Shown piece by piece: positions 10,111 through 19,651 of a stretch of DNA of 64,000 nucleotides (the first letter of the stretch is position 1; each line of letters begins with the position of its first letter). This DNA is from Candidatus Caldarchaeum subterraneum. Its GTDB lineage: Archaea; Thermoproteota; Nitrososphaeria_A; Caldarchaeales; Caldarchaeaceae. The notes beneath the pieces were generated by a model. It had not been told where the DNA came from, did not search any database, and saw only the letters and a list, made by a program, of their open reading frames with translations. The DNA is taken from the NCBI GenBank assembly GCA_000270325.1, contig BA000048.1, forward strand, positions 1,605,481 to 1,669,480, written 5' to 3'. Position numbers and translations under genes: made by a program.

Positions 10111-10551
10111 TTGATGAGAGGTGGAGGCCAAGTTAGGAATCCTTCACGGGATGTGAAGGGGCTTGGCAGACACCTGATTTTGGAGCTCACTGGATGCGAC
10201 CAGCGCCTACTAAGCGATGTCGATTTCCTCGATGATTTGTTGACCAAGGCGGCTGTCGCCAGCGGCGCAACTATTGTCGGCAAGTATTCTGAAAGGTTTG
10301 ACCATGGACAAGGCGTCTCGGCGATAATTGTCTTAAAGGAGAGTCACATCTCGATACATACTTGGCCTGAGCTTGGCTACGCAGCCCTCGATATATACAC
10401 TTGCGGAGAAAACATTGACCCATGGAAGGCCTACGACCTCATCATCGCGAGGCTTGAGCCTGAAAACGTTGGAGCTTTCGAGGTCGTCAGAGGACTGAAT
10501 GTTTTGAGAAAAAACCTTCAGCTCCAGAAAGCCTCGATAAGAGATGGGTAA
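10111..10551 (+). CDS. speH: pyruvoyl-dependent S-adenosylmethionine decarboxylase proenzyme family (SpeH-type; in Crenarchaeota a paralog may act as arginine decarboxylase)
   Basis: ESHISIHTWPE self-processing site; adjacent to speE. Confidence 0.8.
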   Translation: MMRGGGQVRNPSRDVKGLGRHLILELTGCDQRLLSDVDFLDDLLTKAAVASGATIVGKYSERFDHGQGVSAIIVLKESHISIHTWPELGYAALDIYTCGENIDPWKAYDLIIARLEPENVGAFEVVRGLNVLRKNLQLQKASIRDG

Positions 10552-11455
10552 GCCGTCAAACTGGTACAGGGAGCAGATTAGCGAGTCCCTGCTCGAGTCC
10601 TACAAGGTAGTCAGACATATTTACAGTGGAAAAACACGGTACCAGAAGGTCGAGATACTGGATACAGAACCATTTGGCAGTTGCTTGCTACTTGATGGAA
10701 AAATGCAGTCATCTCTTCTAGACGAGCATATTTACCATGAAACCCTTGTCCACCCAGCCATGTGCCTGAGCGGAGAGCCCCGACGTGTGGTCATCATAGG
10801 AGGTGGAGAAGGCGCAACTTTGAGGGAGGTTCTCAGGTGGCGGACCGTCGAAGAAGCATATATGATAGACCTGGATAGAGAAGTTGTCGAACTTTGTCAA
10901 AAATATTTACCCACACTCTCGGCTGGTGCATTCAACGACCAGAGGCTTAGGCTGTTTTTTATGGATGGAAGACGGTGGGTGGCTGAGAAGCTTGAGGACA
11001 GTGTTGACGTATTCATAATCGATGTCACGGACCCGCTCGAACAAGGCCCCTCTTATCTGCTATATACGAGGGAGTTTTATCAACTCCTGTCGTCAAAACT
11101 CTCGGAAAATGGCGTGATTGCCACTCAAGCTACGTCGCCGACACATACCCCGCTCGCCTACCAGTCGATTAAAAAAACGATGCAGACAATATTCCCCTAT
11201 GTATCTGAGCTGGCCACTTATGTTGTATCATTCTCCGCCGTGTGGGGGTTCCTCTACGGCTCCAAAGGGGGTGGACTCTCGTCTCTCGGGAGGAATGAGG
11301 TGGATGAGAGGTTGAAGATGGCTGAGGTCAAGGGCCTGAGGTTCTACAGCGGGTCAACACATGAAGCGCTTAAAGAATTGACGAGACACTACGTAACCCT
11401 CAGGAGCGTGGAGGCACGCATCATCAGAGATTCTGAGCCCTTATTCGTTAAGTGA
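10544..11455 (+). CDS. speE: spermidine synthase / aminopropyltransferase
   Basis: VVIIGGGEGATLRE, DLD, D(V)TDP motifs. Confidence 0.9.
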   Translation: MGKPSNWYREQISESLLESYKVVRHIYSGKTRYQKVEILDTEPFGSCLLLDGKMQSSLLDEHIYHETLVHPAMCLSGEPRRVVIIGGGEGATLREVLRWRTVEEAYMIDLDREVVELCQKYLPTLSAGAFNDQRLRLFFMDGRRWVAEKLEDSVDVFIIDVTDPLEQGPSYLLYTREFYQLLSSKLSENGVIATQATSPTHTPLAYQSIKKTMQTIFPYVSELATYVVSFSAVWGFLYGSKGGGLSSLGRNEVDERLKMAEVKGLRFYSGSTHEALKELTRHYVTLRSVEARIIRDSEPLFVK

Positions 11456-11493
11456 CAGCACCGTTGGCAGCAGACGACCATTCCGCGGTTTTC

Positions 11494-12138
11494 TTATTTT
11501 GGTTTTTGTAAAAAGGCGGGTATGAATTGTTTTCTGAGATATCCGCTTAGAAGGTCTATGGCTACTACCGTCACGAGGGTGAGAAGCAGCGCGGTTGTTA
11601 GGCTGCTGTACTGTAGTGACTCGATGTAGCTTATCATGAGTAGCCCGATTCCGCCTGCTCCAACGAACCCGAGGACTGTTGACGACCTTATGTTGTACTC
11701 GAACATGAACAGTAGCTGGCTGATGATTGTGTTCATCGACTCCGGGATTATGGCGTGTCGTACGATGAGTAGGCGCGGGGCTTTTGTTACACGTATTGCG
11801 TCGAGGACCTCTGGGTCGACTGCTTCGAAGGCCTCGTAGTAGATTTTGGATAGGTAGCCGAAGGTGTATACAGCTATGGCGAGTGTGCCGGCAAGCGGCC
11901 CGAGCCCCACTGCGATGACGAAGACCACGGCCCAGAAAAGGACCGGAATGGTGCGCACAAAGCCGAAGAATGCTCTGACGACCGTGGTTAAAGTGTGAGA
12001 AAACATGTTGCGCATGGCCAGCGCCGAGAACGGTAGAGCAAACACAAACCCCAGCACTGTTCCGACAAATGCTATTTGAATGGTTTCCACCAGCCCCGTC
12101 GCCGCCTCTGCGACGACCGCAGGATTGGGTGGAACCAT
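11494..12138 (-). CDS. phnE: phosphonate/phosphite ABC transporter permease (PhnE-like); N-terminus probably extends to ~12264
   Basis: BPD-transporter-like TM protein downstream of phnC; reading frame open back to the phnC stop codon, no canonical ATG. Confidence 0.7.
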   Translation of the reverse strand: MVPPNPAVVAEAATGLVETIQIAFVGTVLGFVFALPFSALAMRNMFSHTLTTVVRAFFGFVRTIPVLFWAVVFVIAVGLGPLAGTLAIAVYTFGYLSKIYYEAFEAVDPEVLDAIRVTKAPRLLIVRHAIIPESMNTIISQLLFMFEYNIRSSTVLGFVGAGGIGLLMISYIESLQYSSLTTALLLTLVTVVAIDLLSGYLRKQFIPAFLQKPK

Positions 12139-12267
12139 CTCTGTTAAAAGGTTGCCGAGGTTGACCGCGCCCTTTGAAAGCCTGCTGAAGTCTGTGAGTC
12201 CGAGGCGGGCGGCTGAGTAGACGAAAACCGCGACGGTTAGCAGTATTGTGATTTGTTTAGCGAAATT

Positions 12268-12993
12268 TCATTCCGCTGGTCCACCGCCGAGAATTGCTGA
12301 AAGCTCTTTGATGCTTATCTGGTTTCCCGGCATTTCGGTCATTATTTTTCCATCCTTCAGTACAGCAACCCGGTCTGCGAATTTGTTGACAAGGTATGTG
12401 TCATGCATGGTCATGACGAGGGCGATGTTGTTTCGTCTGCATATTTTTGTGGTGAGCTCCATGACTTCATATGCGTTGATGACGTCGAGGTCTGAGACAA
12501 ACTCGTCGGCGAGCAGTATTGAGGGGTTCTGCATAAGGGCCCGTGCGACGGCTACTCTTTGTCTCTCTCCTCCGCTGAGTAGGCCTGCTTTCCGGTCAGC
12601 GGCCTCCGCCAAGCCAAGGTCTTCCAAAAGCTGATAAGCTTTCACAAACACTTCTTGTGGGAATTTGCCGAATAAGCCGGGAAAAATTCCTATTTTTCCG
12701 AGAGCGCCGTGTGCAACGTTTTGCACTGCTGTGAGGTTTTTGACTAGGCCTACGTTTTGGGGGATGTAGCCTATTCCGCCTTTGGCGTCGTGGGTTTTCA
12801 CGGTGCCTTGGTATGGATACAGGAGCCCTGCGACGATTTTGAGGAGGGTTGTTTTGCCCGAGCCTGAGTACCCCATTATGGCGAGTGTTTCTCCCGCTGA
12901 GAGGTCGAGGTCTAAGCCGTCAAGAATTTTTCTGCGGCCGTCGTATGAGAAGCTCAGTCCCCGGATTGTCAGCACCCTGCCCATTTCAGCCAA
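12268..12993 (-). CDS. phnC: phosphonate/phosphite ABC transporter ATP-binding protein (PhnC-like)
   Basis: Walker A GYSGSGKTT, signature LSGGERQR, Walker B. Confidence 0.8.
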   Translation of the reverse strand: MAEMGRVLTIRGLSFSYDGRRKILDGLDLDLSAGETLAIMGYSGSGKTTLLKIVAGLLYPYQGTVKTHDAKGGIGYIPQNVGLVKNLTAVQNVAHGALGKIGIFPGLFGKFPQEVFVKAYQLLEDLGLAEAADRKAGLLSGGERQRVAVARALMQNPSILLADEFVSDLDVINAYEVMELTTKICRRNNIALVMTMHDTYLVNKFADRVAVLKDGKIMTEMPGNQISIKELSAILGGGPAE

Positions 12994-13942
12994 CCTTCTC
13001 CGAGTATCTTAGGTTTGTGAGCTCAAGATATCTCTGCAGCCCTCCGAGATGTTTCTCGGATGTCGTGGGCTCAAATCTGACAAAGAGCGCGGATACAAAC
13101 TGTTTCATCAAGGCTGGTTCTCTATCGCCCAGCTCCTGAAGGGCGTTTATTAGCCTTGAGCGTAGAGGCTCCTTCAGCTCCTTGGAGAAGACTACGGCGT
13201 GGCTTGGTATAGGGCCTTGAGAAGCTATCACCCGCGTGTTTGACATGACTTCTCTGTAAAGGGATTCAGGAATGTCTCCGGCTATGACCGCCGCGTCTAC
13301 GTCGCCGTTTTTCAGAGCTGTCCATGATTGAGCATATCCGCCTGTGAAAACTACTTGGAAGAAGGTTGAGGGGTCGGCTTCAGAGCCCTGCTTGACCTGT
13401 ATGTAGCCGAGTTCAACGAGCTTAGCGAGTGGTGCAACATATCCCGATGTCGATATGGGGCTGGGCAAAGCGACTTTCTTTCCGCGGAGGTCTTCTATGG
13501 ACTTGATTGGTGAATCGGGTAGCACGACCCAGTAGGAATAGTATTGTGGTGCTTCGACTATTTTGTCTCCCTCGCCGACAGTTCTTATCTCTGCCAGAAC
13601 AACTTCTGCGTCGGCCAGTTTCCATGCAAGGTATGAGGGCCACGCGCTCATGAACGCTGCATGAGCGTGTCCCCGTCGAAGAGATTCAACAACCGCCGCG
13701 TAGGAGGTTGGCACATATATTTCCACGTCTATGTCTGGTAGTTTCTGCTCCAGAAACGCCTCGATTGGTTTAGCTCTTTGGAGAACCTCTGCGGCGGACA
13801 ATGTGGGCTGGACGGCTATCACCAGCTTCTGTTTACTCTGAGGTTGGAGGACGACAAATCCGAAAGCGCCAGAAAGAAGCAAGCCGATGATTATTCCGGC
13901 GGTTATTAGGGCAATGCTTTGTAGTGCGGTTGAGCGCTTCAC
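12986..13942 (-). CDS. phnD: phosphonate/phosphite-binding periplasmic component (PhnD/PtxB family), N-terminal TM anchor
   Basis: PhnD-like fold; operon order D-C-E; GTG start. Confidence 0.75.
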   Translation of the reverse strand: MKRSTALQSIALITAGIIIGLLLSGAFGFVVLQPQSKQKLVIAVQPTLSAAEVLQRAKPIEAFLEQKLPDIDVEIYVPTSYAAVVESLRRGHAHAAFMSAWPSYLAWKLADAEVVLAEIRTVGEGDKIVEAPQYYSYWVVLPDSPIKSIEDLRGKKVALPSPISTSGYVAPLAKLVELGYIQVKQGSEADPSTFFQVVFTGGYAQSWTALKNGDVDAAVIAGDIPESLYREVMSNTRVIASQGPIPSHAVVFSKELKEPLRSRLINALQELGDREPALMKQFVSALFVRFEPTTSEKHLGGLQRYLELTNLRYSEKVG

Positions 13943-14040
13943 GTTATAACACCGTTATATCCCATGATATAAACCATTCACCGTGAAAATAATGATTCAC
14001 GTTGTTACACATCACACATATAACGCCGTGAATACTAACT
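13935..14040. promoter_or_regulatory. divergent promoter/operator region with repeated TTCACG(TT)/CGTGAA half-sites and TATA-like boxes
   Basis: TTCACGTT at 13938 and 13996; ATTCACCGTGAA 13976-13987; CGTGAAT 14027-14033; ATATAAA 13966 and ATATAAC 14012. Confidence 0.45.
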
Positions 14041-14048
14041 AGGATAAG

Positions 14049-14792
14049 TTGAAGATACCCAAGACCGAGGAGCTTATACCTCTTCTCAGGGCGATGGTTG
14101 CAACAGAGCTTGTCACAACATATGGGCTGAAGAAAGCCGAGGTGGCGCGTCTTCTCTCCATCACCCCGCAGGCCGTCACACAGTATGTCAGAGGCGTCAG
14201 GGCTGGAGGCCGCCAAATTGCTTTGTCTCAACAACGCCTCAAAGAAATGGTGCGGGAATTTGCTAGAAAAATCGCGTTCAGGCAGAGGCCCGTCACCGAG
14301 ACAGAGCTCCTCGACCTTGCCTACGAAGTTTTGATGATTCTTGGAAAACCTTCTCCAGATAGACAGGCCATCCCAGAAGAAGCCAAGAGCCAAGCTCTAC
14401 GAGTTCTGAGAAACCGTCTCGCCGCAGAGCAGGAGGCCGCTGAGCTCTTCCTCAACGAGGCGATAAAAGCGAAAGACGAGATGGTCAGCCTCTTGTTCAG
14501 GCAAATCGCATCCGACAGCATCAGACACGCCGACATCGTGCAGACAACAATATCAGCAATCGAGAAAAATTTCTCGGGAAGCGTTCTTCCAGACCCCGAG
14601 CGTCTGCAGATGCTTCGGCAACATGAGGAGAAAAGCCATGCACAAGGGTTCGAGACAGTTAAACAGCTGTTGAAAAACGATGTTCTGAAGATTTTGCTAG
14701 ACTCCATAGATGCTGACGAGGCTAAGCATGACATGATTATTGAGAAGCTGGCGGAGCTTAGTGAGAGGCAGCTGAAGCAGTCAGCCTCTTAG
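14049..14792 (+). CDS. HTH transcriptional regulator with C-terminal ExxH-rich (ferritin-like?) domain
   Basis: N-terminal HTH (AEVARLLSITPQAVTQYV); C-terminal EEKSH...DEAKH motifs. Confidence 0.55.
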   Translation: MKIPKTEELIPLLRAMVATELVTTYGLKKAEVARLLSITPQAVTQYVRGVRAGGRQIALSQQRLKEMVREFARKIAFRQRPVTETELLDLAYEVLMILGKPSPDRQAIPEEAKSQALRVLRNRLAAEQEAAELFLNEAIKAKDEMVSLLFRQIASDSIRHADIVQTTISAIEKNFSGSVLPDPERLQMLRQHEEKSHAQGFETVKQLLKNDVLKILLDSIDADEAKHDMIIEKLAELSERQLKQSAS

Positions 14793-15591
14793 CCAAAAAG
14801 ACGGCGAAGAATATGGCTGTAGCGGTTAAAGCGATGGTTCCACCCGAGCTGGCTGCAAGATAGAAGGATAGATAGAGGCCGGTGACCGCCGACGATACGC
14901 CGACCGTGACGGATATGATGAACATTTGGAGGAGGTTTTTGGCGACGAGCTGGGCGGTCGCGCCAGGTGTTATGAGCAGCGACACGACGAGGATTATTCC
15001 AACCGTTTGCAGGGACGCGATTACGGCCAGCGATATCATGACCATGAGAATATGGTGGAGAAGGTTGGCTGGTAATCCGGCTACTGAGGCGAAAACGGGG
15101 TCGAAAGTGTATGCGACGATTTCTTTAAGGAAGAGGCCGAAGAAGAGGAGTACAGCAGTGGCGACGGCTGCGGTGAGCTGCAGCTCCTCTGTTGAGACGG
15201 CGAGAACGTTTCCGAAAAGGATGTGGAAAACATCCAGAGTTGGTCTAAGCTTGCTTATCGCGACGAGGCCTAGTGCGAAGGCCCCTGTCAAAACTATGCC
15301 GATGGCTGTATCGTTTCTCACACGTGTCTTCTGCTCTATGAGTCCGATGGCGAATGAGGAGATTATGCCTGCCATGGCTCCGCCCAGCGTGAGAGGAATG
15401 TTGAAAACAGCGGCCAAGGCTAGTCCGGGTAAAACTGCGTGTGATATTGCGTCGCCGAGAAGTGCCCAGCCGCGTAGGACAATTACGACGCTGAGTGTGG
15501 ATGCGAGTATGCCGACCGCGATGGATGTGATGAATGCTGACTGCATGAAGCGGTAGGTGAGTGGTTCGAGGAAAAATTCGGCTAACGCCAT
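14758..15591 (-). CDS. znuB: Zn/Mn ABC transporter permease (ABC-3 family)
   Basis: 8-TM ABC-3 permease adjacent to znuC/znuA. Confidence 0.8.
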   Translation of the reverse strand: MALAEFFLEPLTYRFMQSAFITSIAVGILASTLSVVIVLRGWALLGDAISHAVLPGLALAAVFNIPLTLGGAMAGIISSFAIGLIEQKTRVRNDTAIGIVLTGAFALGLVAISKLRPTLDVFHILFGNVLAVSTEELQLTAAVATAVLLFFGLFLKEIVAYTFDPVFASVAGLPANLLHHILMVMISLAVIASLQTVGIILVVSLLITPGATAQLVAKNLLQMFIISVTVGVSSAVTGLYLSFYLAASSGGTIALTATAIFFAVFLAKRLTASAASH

Positions 15592-16340
15592 CCCGCAACC
15601 CGCCCCACGTCGGTAAGATGCATGGCGACGCGTTCACTGCCATAGGCTGCGGCGAGGTTTTCAGCCGTCAAAACCTTCTCCGGAGACCCGAACGCTATGA
15701 CACGGTTTCGGAGTAGAAGAATATTGTCAAAGAACTCGAAGGTGCTGCTGAGGTCGTGGGTGGTCATTATCACGGTTTTGCCCATCCGTCGCAGCTCGCT
15801 TAAGATGTCGAAGAGCCTGTCCTCTGACTCGGCGTCTATGCCTGTGAGAGGCTCATCCAACAAGTAAATCTCTGCTTCTTGGGCAATCGCTCTAGCTATG
15901 AAGACCCGTTGCTGCTGTCCACCGGAGAGCTCCGAGATTTTCCTACGCATCAACCCGCTTAACCCGGTTTTCTCCAAAGCAGCCAAAACCCTCTCATCAT
16001 CTTTCTTCACACTCCTGAGATAGCCCACATCCCTTATCCTGCCCATAGCCACAACATCCCACACCGTCAAGGGATAATCCCAGTAAACCTCCTCCCTCTG
16101 AGGAACATAGGCTATCTTTCCACGCGCATCCGAGACATCAAGTCCAAGAATTTTGATGACACCTCGCCGCGGCTTGACAAGCCCGACAAGTGCTTTGAAG
16201 AGGGTGCTTTTTCCCGAGCCGTTTGGCCCGACGACGGCGGTTATCGAGCCGCGGAATATTTTGAAGGAAACATCTTCGAGAGCCACGATCTTCTCATAAG
16301 CCACAGTCAAGCCATCTACAAGAACAGCCTCGCTCAACAC
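15582..16340 (-). CDS. znuC: Zn/Mn ABC transporter ATP-binding protein
   Basis: Walker A GPNGSGKST, LSGGQQQR signature. Confidence 0.85.
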   Translation of the reverse strand: MLSEAVLVDGLTVAYEKIVALEDVSFKIFRGSITAVVGPNGSGKSTLFKALVGLVKPRRGVIKILGLDVSDARGKIAYVPQREEVYWDYPLTVWDVVAMGRIRDVGYLRSVKKDDERVLAALEKTGLSGLMRRKISELSGGQQQRVFIARAIAQEAEIYLLDEPLTGIDAESEDRLFDILSELRRMGKTVIMTTHDLSSTFEFFDNILLLRNRVIAFGSPEKVLTAENLAAAYGSERVAMHLTDVGRVAGWR

Positions 16341-17257
16341 CCTTTCATCAACTCCCCGACAATAGTTCCAACATTCACCTTCATCATGGAGACATACGAC
16401 TCTGCACCCGAGCCCCGCGGCCCAACACCATCAACATACAACGGCCCAGCCAATCTACCGCCCGCCTCTCTCACAAGAGAGTCCAGTAGCCTGCTGGAAA
16501 GAGTCGACTCCACAAAAAATACACACACCCCCAGCTGCTTTACCTTCTCAACAGCGTGGACCATGTCTATGGGAGAAGGTTCGATCTCCGTTGCTATGGA
16601 GTAGAAGTATGCGCCCACCCGGAACCCATAGGCTCTGGCAAAATACTGGAAAGCATTCTCCTGTGTGACGAGTATTCTTTTCTCGGTCGGAAGCTGGGAG
16701 ACGGTTTCTCTAATCCATTTGTCCAGCTCCTCCAATTCACGAATGTATGCAGCTGCGTTTGCCTTGTAGATTTCGGCGTTGTCTGGGTCTTGTTCGATGA
16801 ATATGTCTCTGATGTGTTCGACGTATTTTATCGCGAGGCCTACATCCATCCACATGTGTGGGTCTTCTTTTCCGGCGTAGGGGCCGTCGGGAACCTTGAG
16901 AAGATAGGGCTCCAACCCCTCCGTAACCCTGTAAAGCTTTTCATTGTTCTGGCTGCCGAGTAGTTTAACCACCCATGCGTCGACGGCGAAGCCGTTGTAG
17001 AGGATGACCTTGGCTTTCGAGGCTTTAACCATGTCCTCGGGTGTCGGCTCATAGGTGTGGGGACTCTGCCCCGGTGCAACGATGCACTCCACATCCCAGA
17101 GTCTTCCCACCACGTTTCTGGCGAGGTCGCAGATGATAGATGTGGTAGCGAGAGCTAGTCTCGATTCTACTGGGACTGCATAATAGGGGGTGTACAGCCC
17201 CAGAGCCAATACAAAAATTGAGGCGGCTAACAGAAGCTTAGATTCGGGGAAAATCAT
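16334..17257 (-). CDS. znuA: Zn/Mn ABC transporter substrate-binding protein (TroA/ZnuA cluster-9 family)
   Basis: TroA-like fold; operon A-C-B. Confidence 0.8.
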   Translation of the reverse strand: MIFPESKLLLAASIFVLALGLYTPYYAVPVESRLALATTSIICDLARNVVGRLWDVECIVAPGQSPHTYEPTPEDMVKASKAKVILYNGFAVDAWVVKLLGSQNNEKLYRVTEGLEPYLLKVPDGPYAGKEDPHMWMDVGLAIKYVEHIRDIFIEQDPDNAEIYKANAAAYIRELEELDKWIRETVSQLPTEKRILVTQENAFQYFARAYGFRVGAYFYSIATEIEPSPIDMVHAVEKVKQLGVCVFFVESTLSSRLLDSLVREAGGRLAGPLYVDGVGPRGSGAESYVSMMKVNVGTIVGELMKGC

Positions 17258-17268
17258 TTTTCTCGGCT

Positions 17269-17294
17269 ATTTTTAGCCTAGGCTAAATTTAGCC
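17269..17294. promoter_or_regulatory. AT-rich palindromes (TAGCCTAGGCTA; GGCTAAATTTAGCC) between divergent znuA and dnaG
   Basis: Perfect palindromes read directly in sequence. Confidence 0.4.
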
Positions 17295-17356
17295 TTATCT
17301 CAAATCCATGGAAGAGCTTAATAAATCCAGCAATAAACCATTTCCGAAGCAGAACC

Positions 17357-18505
17357 TTGAGCACAGTAACAAAATATGTTATAGAGGCTCGGATTGAAGT
17401 AGACGGTCCAGTGGACAAAAACGACGTGGTGGGCGCTGTATTTGGACAAACGGAGGGGATTTTCAGCTCAGACCTCGACCTGCGGGAGCTGCAGAAAACA
17501 GGACGCATCGGCAGAATCGAGATAAACGTCACGACACAGGGCAACAAAGCCGTAGGAAAAATCATCGTCCCCACAAGCCTCGACAAATACACAACATCCC
17601 TGATAGCCGCGATGATAGAGTCCATCGACAGAGTCGGGCCCTATCAGGCACGGGCAGTCATAGAGAAGATAGAGGATACACGTTTGGAGAAAAGAAAACG
17701 CATAATCGAGAGAGCGAAGGAAATTCTGGCGGCTTGGGAGAAGCAGAAAGTGCCTGAGAATGACCTTATTCTCAGGGAGCTTGAGGACGCGATAGTCAAG
17801 ACAAAGGTCTCGGAATACGGTCCAGAGAAGCTTCCAGCCGGCCCCGACGTAGACTCGTCCGATGAGCTTATCATAGTTGAGGGAAGAGCCGACATCATCA
17901 ACCTGCTTAGATACGGTTACAAAAACACCATAGCCGTTGAGGGGGTTAAGATACCCAAATCCATCGCAGGCCTGACGAAGCGGAAGAAACGTGTGATCGC
18001 TTTTCTCGACGGCGACAGAGGAGGAGACCTCATCCTTCAGGAGCTTCTACAAAACTGTAAGATAGACGCGGTCGCAAGAGCGCCCTATGGAAAAGAGGTT
18101 GAACAGCTGACAGCCCGGGAGATTCACGAAGCCCTAGAGCACGCGGTTCCACCTTCCGAGGCCTTGAGGGCCAAGGAAATGGCGGCGGGAGCTGAGAGAA
18201 AAACCGTTCCATCGGAGCTGAAGAACTATGTAAAACAGGTTGACGGCACTTTGTCAGCTGTTTTGCTTGACCAGAACTTTAACGAGATACAGCGTATGCC
18301 TGTGAGTGAGCTTGTGACCAAGTTCGGGGAGCACAGGGATGCGAAGTATGTGGTTTTTGACGGCGTGGTTACACAGAGGCTTGTAGACCTCGCGGCATCT
18401 CTAGAGAGCGATGTCTACCTCGTGGGAGCGCGTATAGGCGATGTCCAGAACAAACCTCCCAACGTCCACATCTACACCACCAGCGAGCTAATCAACGCGT
18501 CTTAG
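17357..18505 (+). CDS. dnaG: archaeal DnaG primase (Toprim domain)
   Basis: Toprim E...DxD (IIVEGRADIINL ... FLDGDRGGD). Confidence 0.85.
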   Translation: MSTVTKYVIEARIEVDGPVDKNDVVGAVFGQTEGIFSSDLDLRELQKTGRIGRIEINVTTQGNKAVGKIIVPTSLDKYTTSLIAAMIESIDRVGPYQARAVIEKIEDTRLEKRKRIIERAKEILAAWEKQKVPENDLILRELEDAIVKTKVSEYGPEKLPAGPDVDSSDELIIVEGRADIINLLRYGYKNTIAVEGVKIPKSIAGLTKRKKRVIAFLDGDRGGDLILQELLQNCKIDAVARAPYGKEVEQLTAREIHEALEHAVPPSEALRAKEMAAGAERKTVPSELKNYVKQVDGTLSAVLLDQNFNEIQRMPVSELVTKFGEHRDAKYVVFDGVVTQRLVDLAASLESDVYLVGARIGDVQNKPPNVHIYTTSELINAS

Positions 18506-19567
18506 TAACGAAGGGTCCACAGAGTAGCGTAGGAAGGCAGCGACCCCACCCAGGCCATTGAGCTTATCCGTGGCCTCAGACCCCGTGGAGACGACGCGCA
18601 CAGAGGCGCCATGGGCCTCGGCCCTCTCCACCAGCTCCCAGACATCTTTATCCATGTATCTGCTCCAGAGAAAATCCTCCGAAACCAAAACCTTCTCAAC
18701 GGCACCCATCCGCAGGGCGTTAAGTGTCTCCACAAACCCGAGAGAAGCTTTCCCGGGCTCGGTAACCAGCACACGCATCAACTCCTCCACATCCATGACG
18801 TCGGCCACAGCCTTCACCTCTTCGCCCAGTTCACGCAACACGCCTCCACGAAGGAGCTCTGAAACACCGGCCTGGTCAGTGGCTGAGACAAACCCCGTCT
18901 TTTTCACACGTTGATAAAGCGTGGGTTTCTCACGTTTAAGATAGGATACAAACTCGTCCACGGTGACCGAGGGCCCGAAAACATACACTTCCTCAGCATC
19001 TTTCAGCTTTTCCGCGGCCGCTGAGTAGATTTTCTGAAGAGCTTTCTGTCTCTGGTCAGGTTCACGCTTACCCTCGGCAACGGTTTCGTGAAAAAGGACA
19101 CGCATACCCGACGGCTCTGCACGATAGACGCCCAGGCTCTCGTCATCAACCAAAACCAACGCCACACCCTTTCTTATTCCGGGGCCTCTGTAATACTTCG
19201 CCATAGCCTCGAGCCGTTGAAAATTCTTCCTACTCTCGACTGTGAGCTCATCACCAACCGAAACATGGATGCTGTGATGCTTCCCAACAAGCCCCAGCTC
19301 CCTGCTCTCATACCTGATAACACCGAGAAGGTCCAGCCTCTTCAACATAGGGTCCAAGCTCTTCTCCAAAACCTCGACACCAAGCTCCACAGCAACACGA
19401 ACACTGTCAACACTCCCATCCCGCCGCTCCTTCTTCAACTCCCTACTAGTAACAGCATACACGACATCACCCACCTCCAAAACACGGTAAATATTCAGAA
19501 GATCAAGAGTCGACTCGGGGACAACCGTCACCAAACGCTTCAAAGGGCTTATTTTAACAACCCTCAA
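18488..19567 (-). CDS. pelA: Pelota/Dom34 mRNA surveillance factor
   Basis: eRF1-like domains; C-terminal GGVAAFLRY. Confidence 0.8.
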   Translation of the reverse strand: MRVVKISPLKRLVTVVPESTLDLLNIYRVLEVGDVVYAVTSRELKKERRDGSVDSVRVAVELGVEVLEKSLDPMLKRLDLLGVIRYESRELGLVGKHHSIHVSVGDELTVESRKNFQRLEAMAKYYRGPGIRKGVALVLVDDESLGVYRAEPSGMRVLFHETVAEGKREPDQRQKALQKIYSAAAEKLKDAEEVYVFGPSVTVDEFVSYLKREKPTLYQRVKKTGFVSATDQAGVSELLRGGVLRELGEEVKAVADVMDVEELMRVLVTEPGKASLGFVETLNALRMGAVEKVLVSEDFLWSRYMDKDVWELVERAEAHGASVRVVSTGSEATDKLNGLGGVAAFLRYSVDPSLLRRVD

Positions 19568-19651
19568 ACCAGCACCCCTAGAACAAGCGCATACATCAAC
19601 CCTCAGACCATCGGCAACTTTTTTATAACTCCTTAAAAATCCTAAAGTCGC

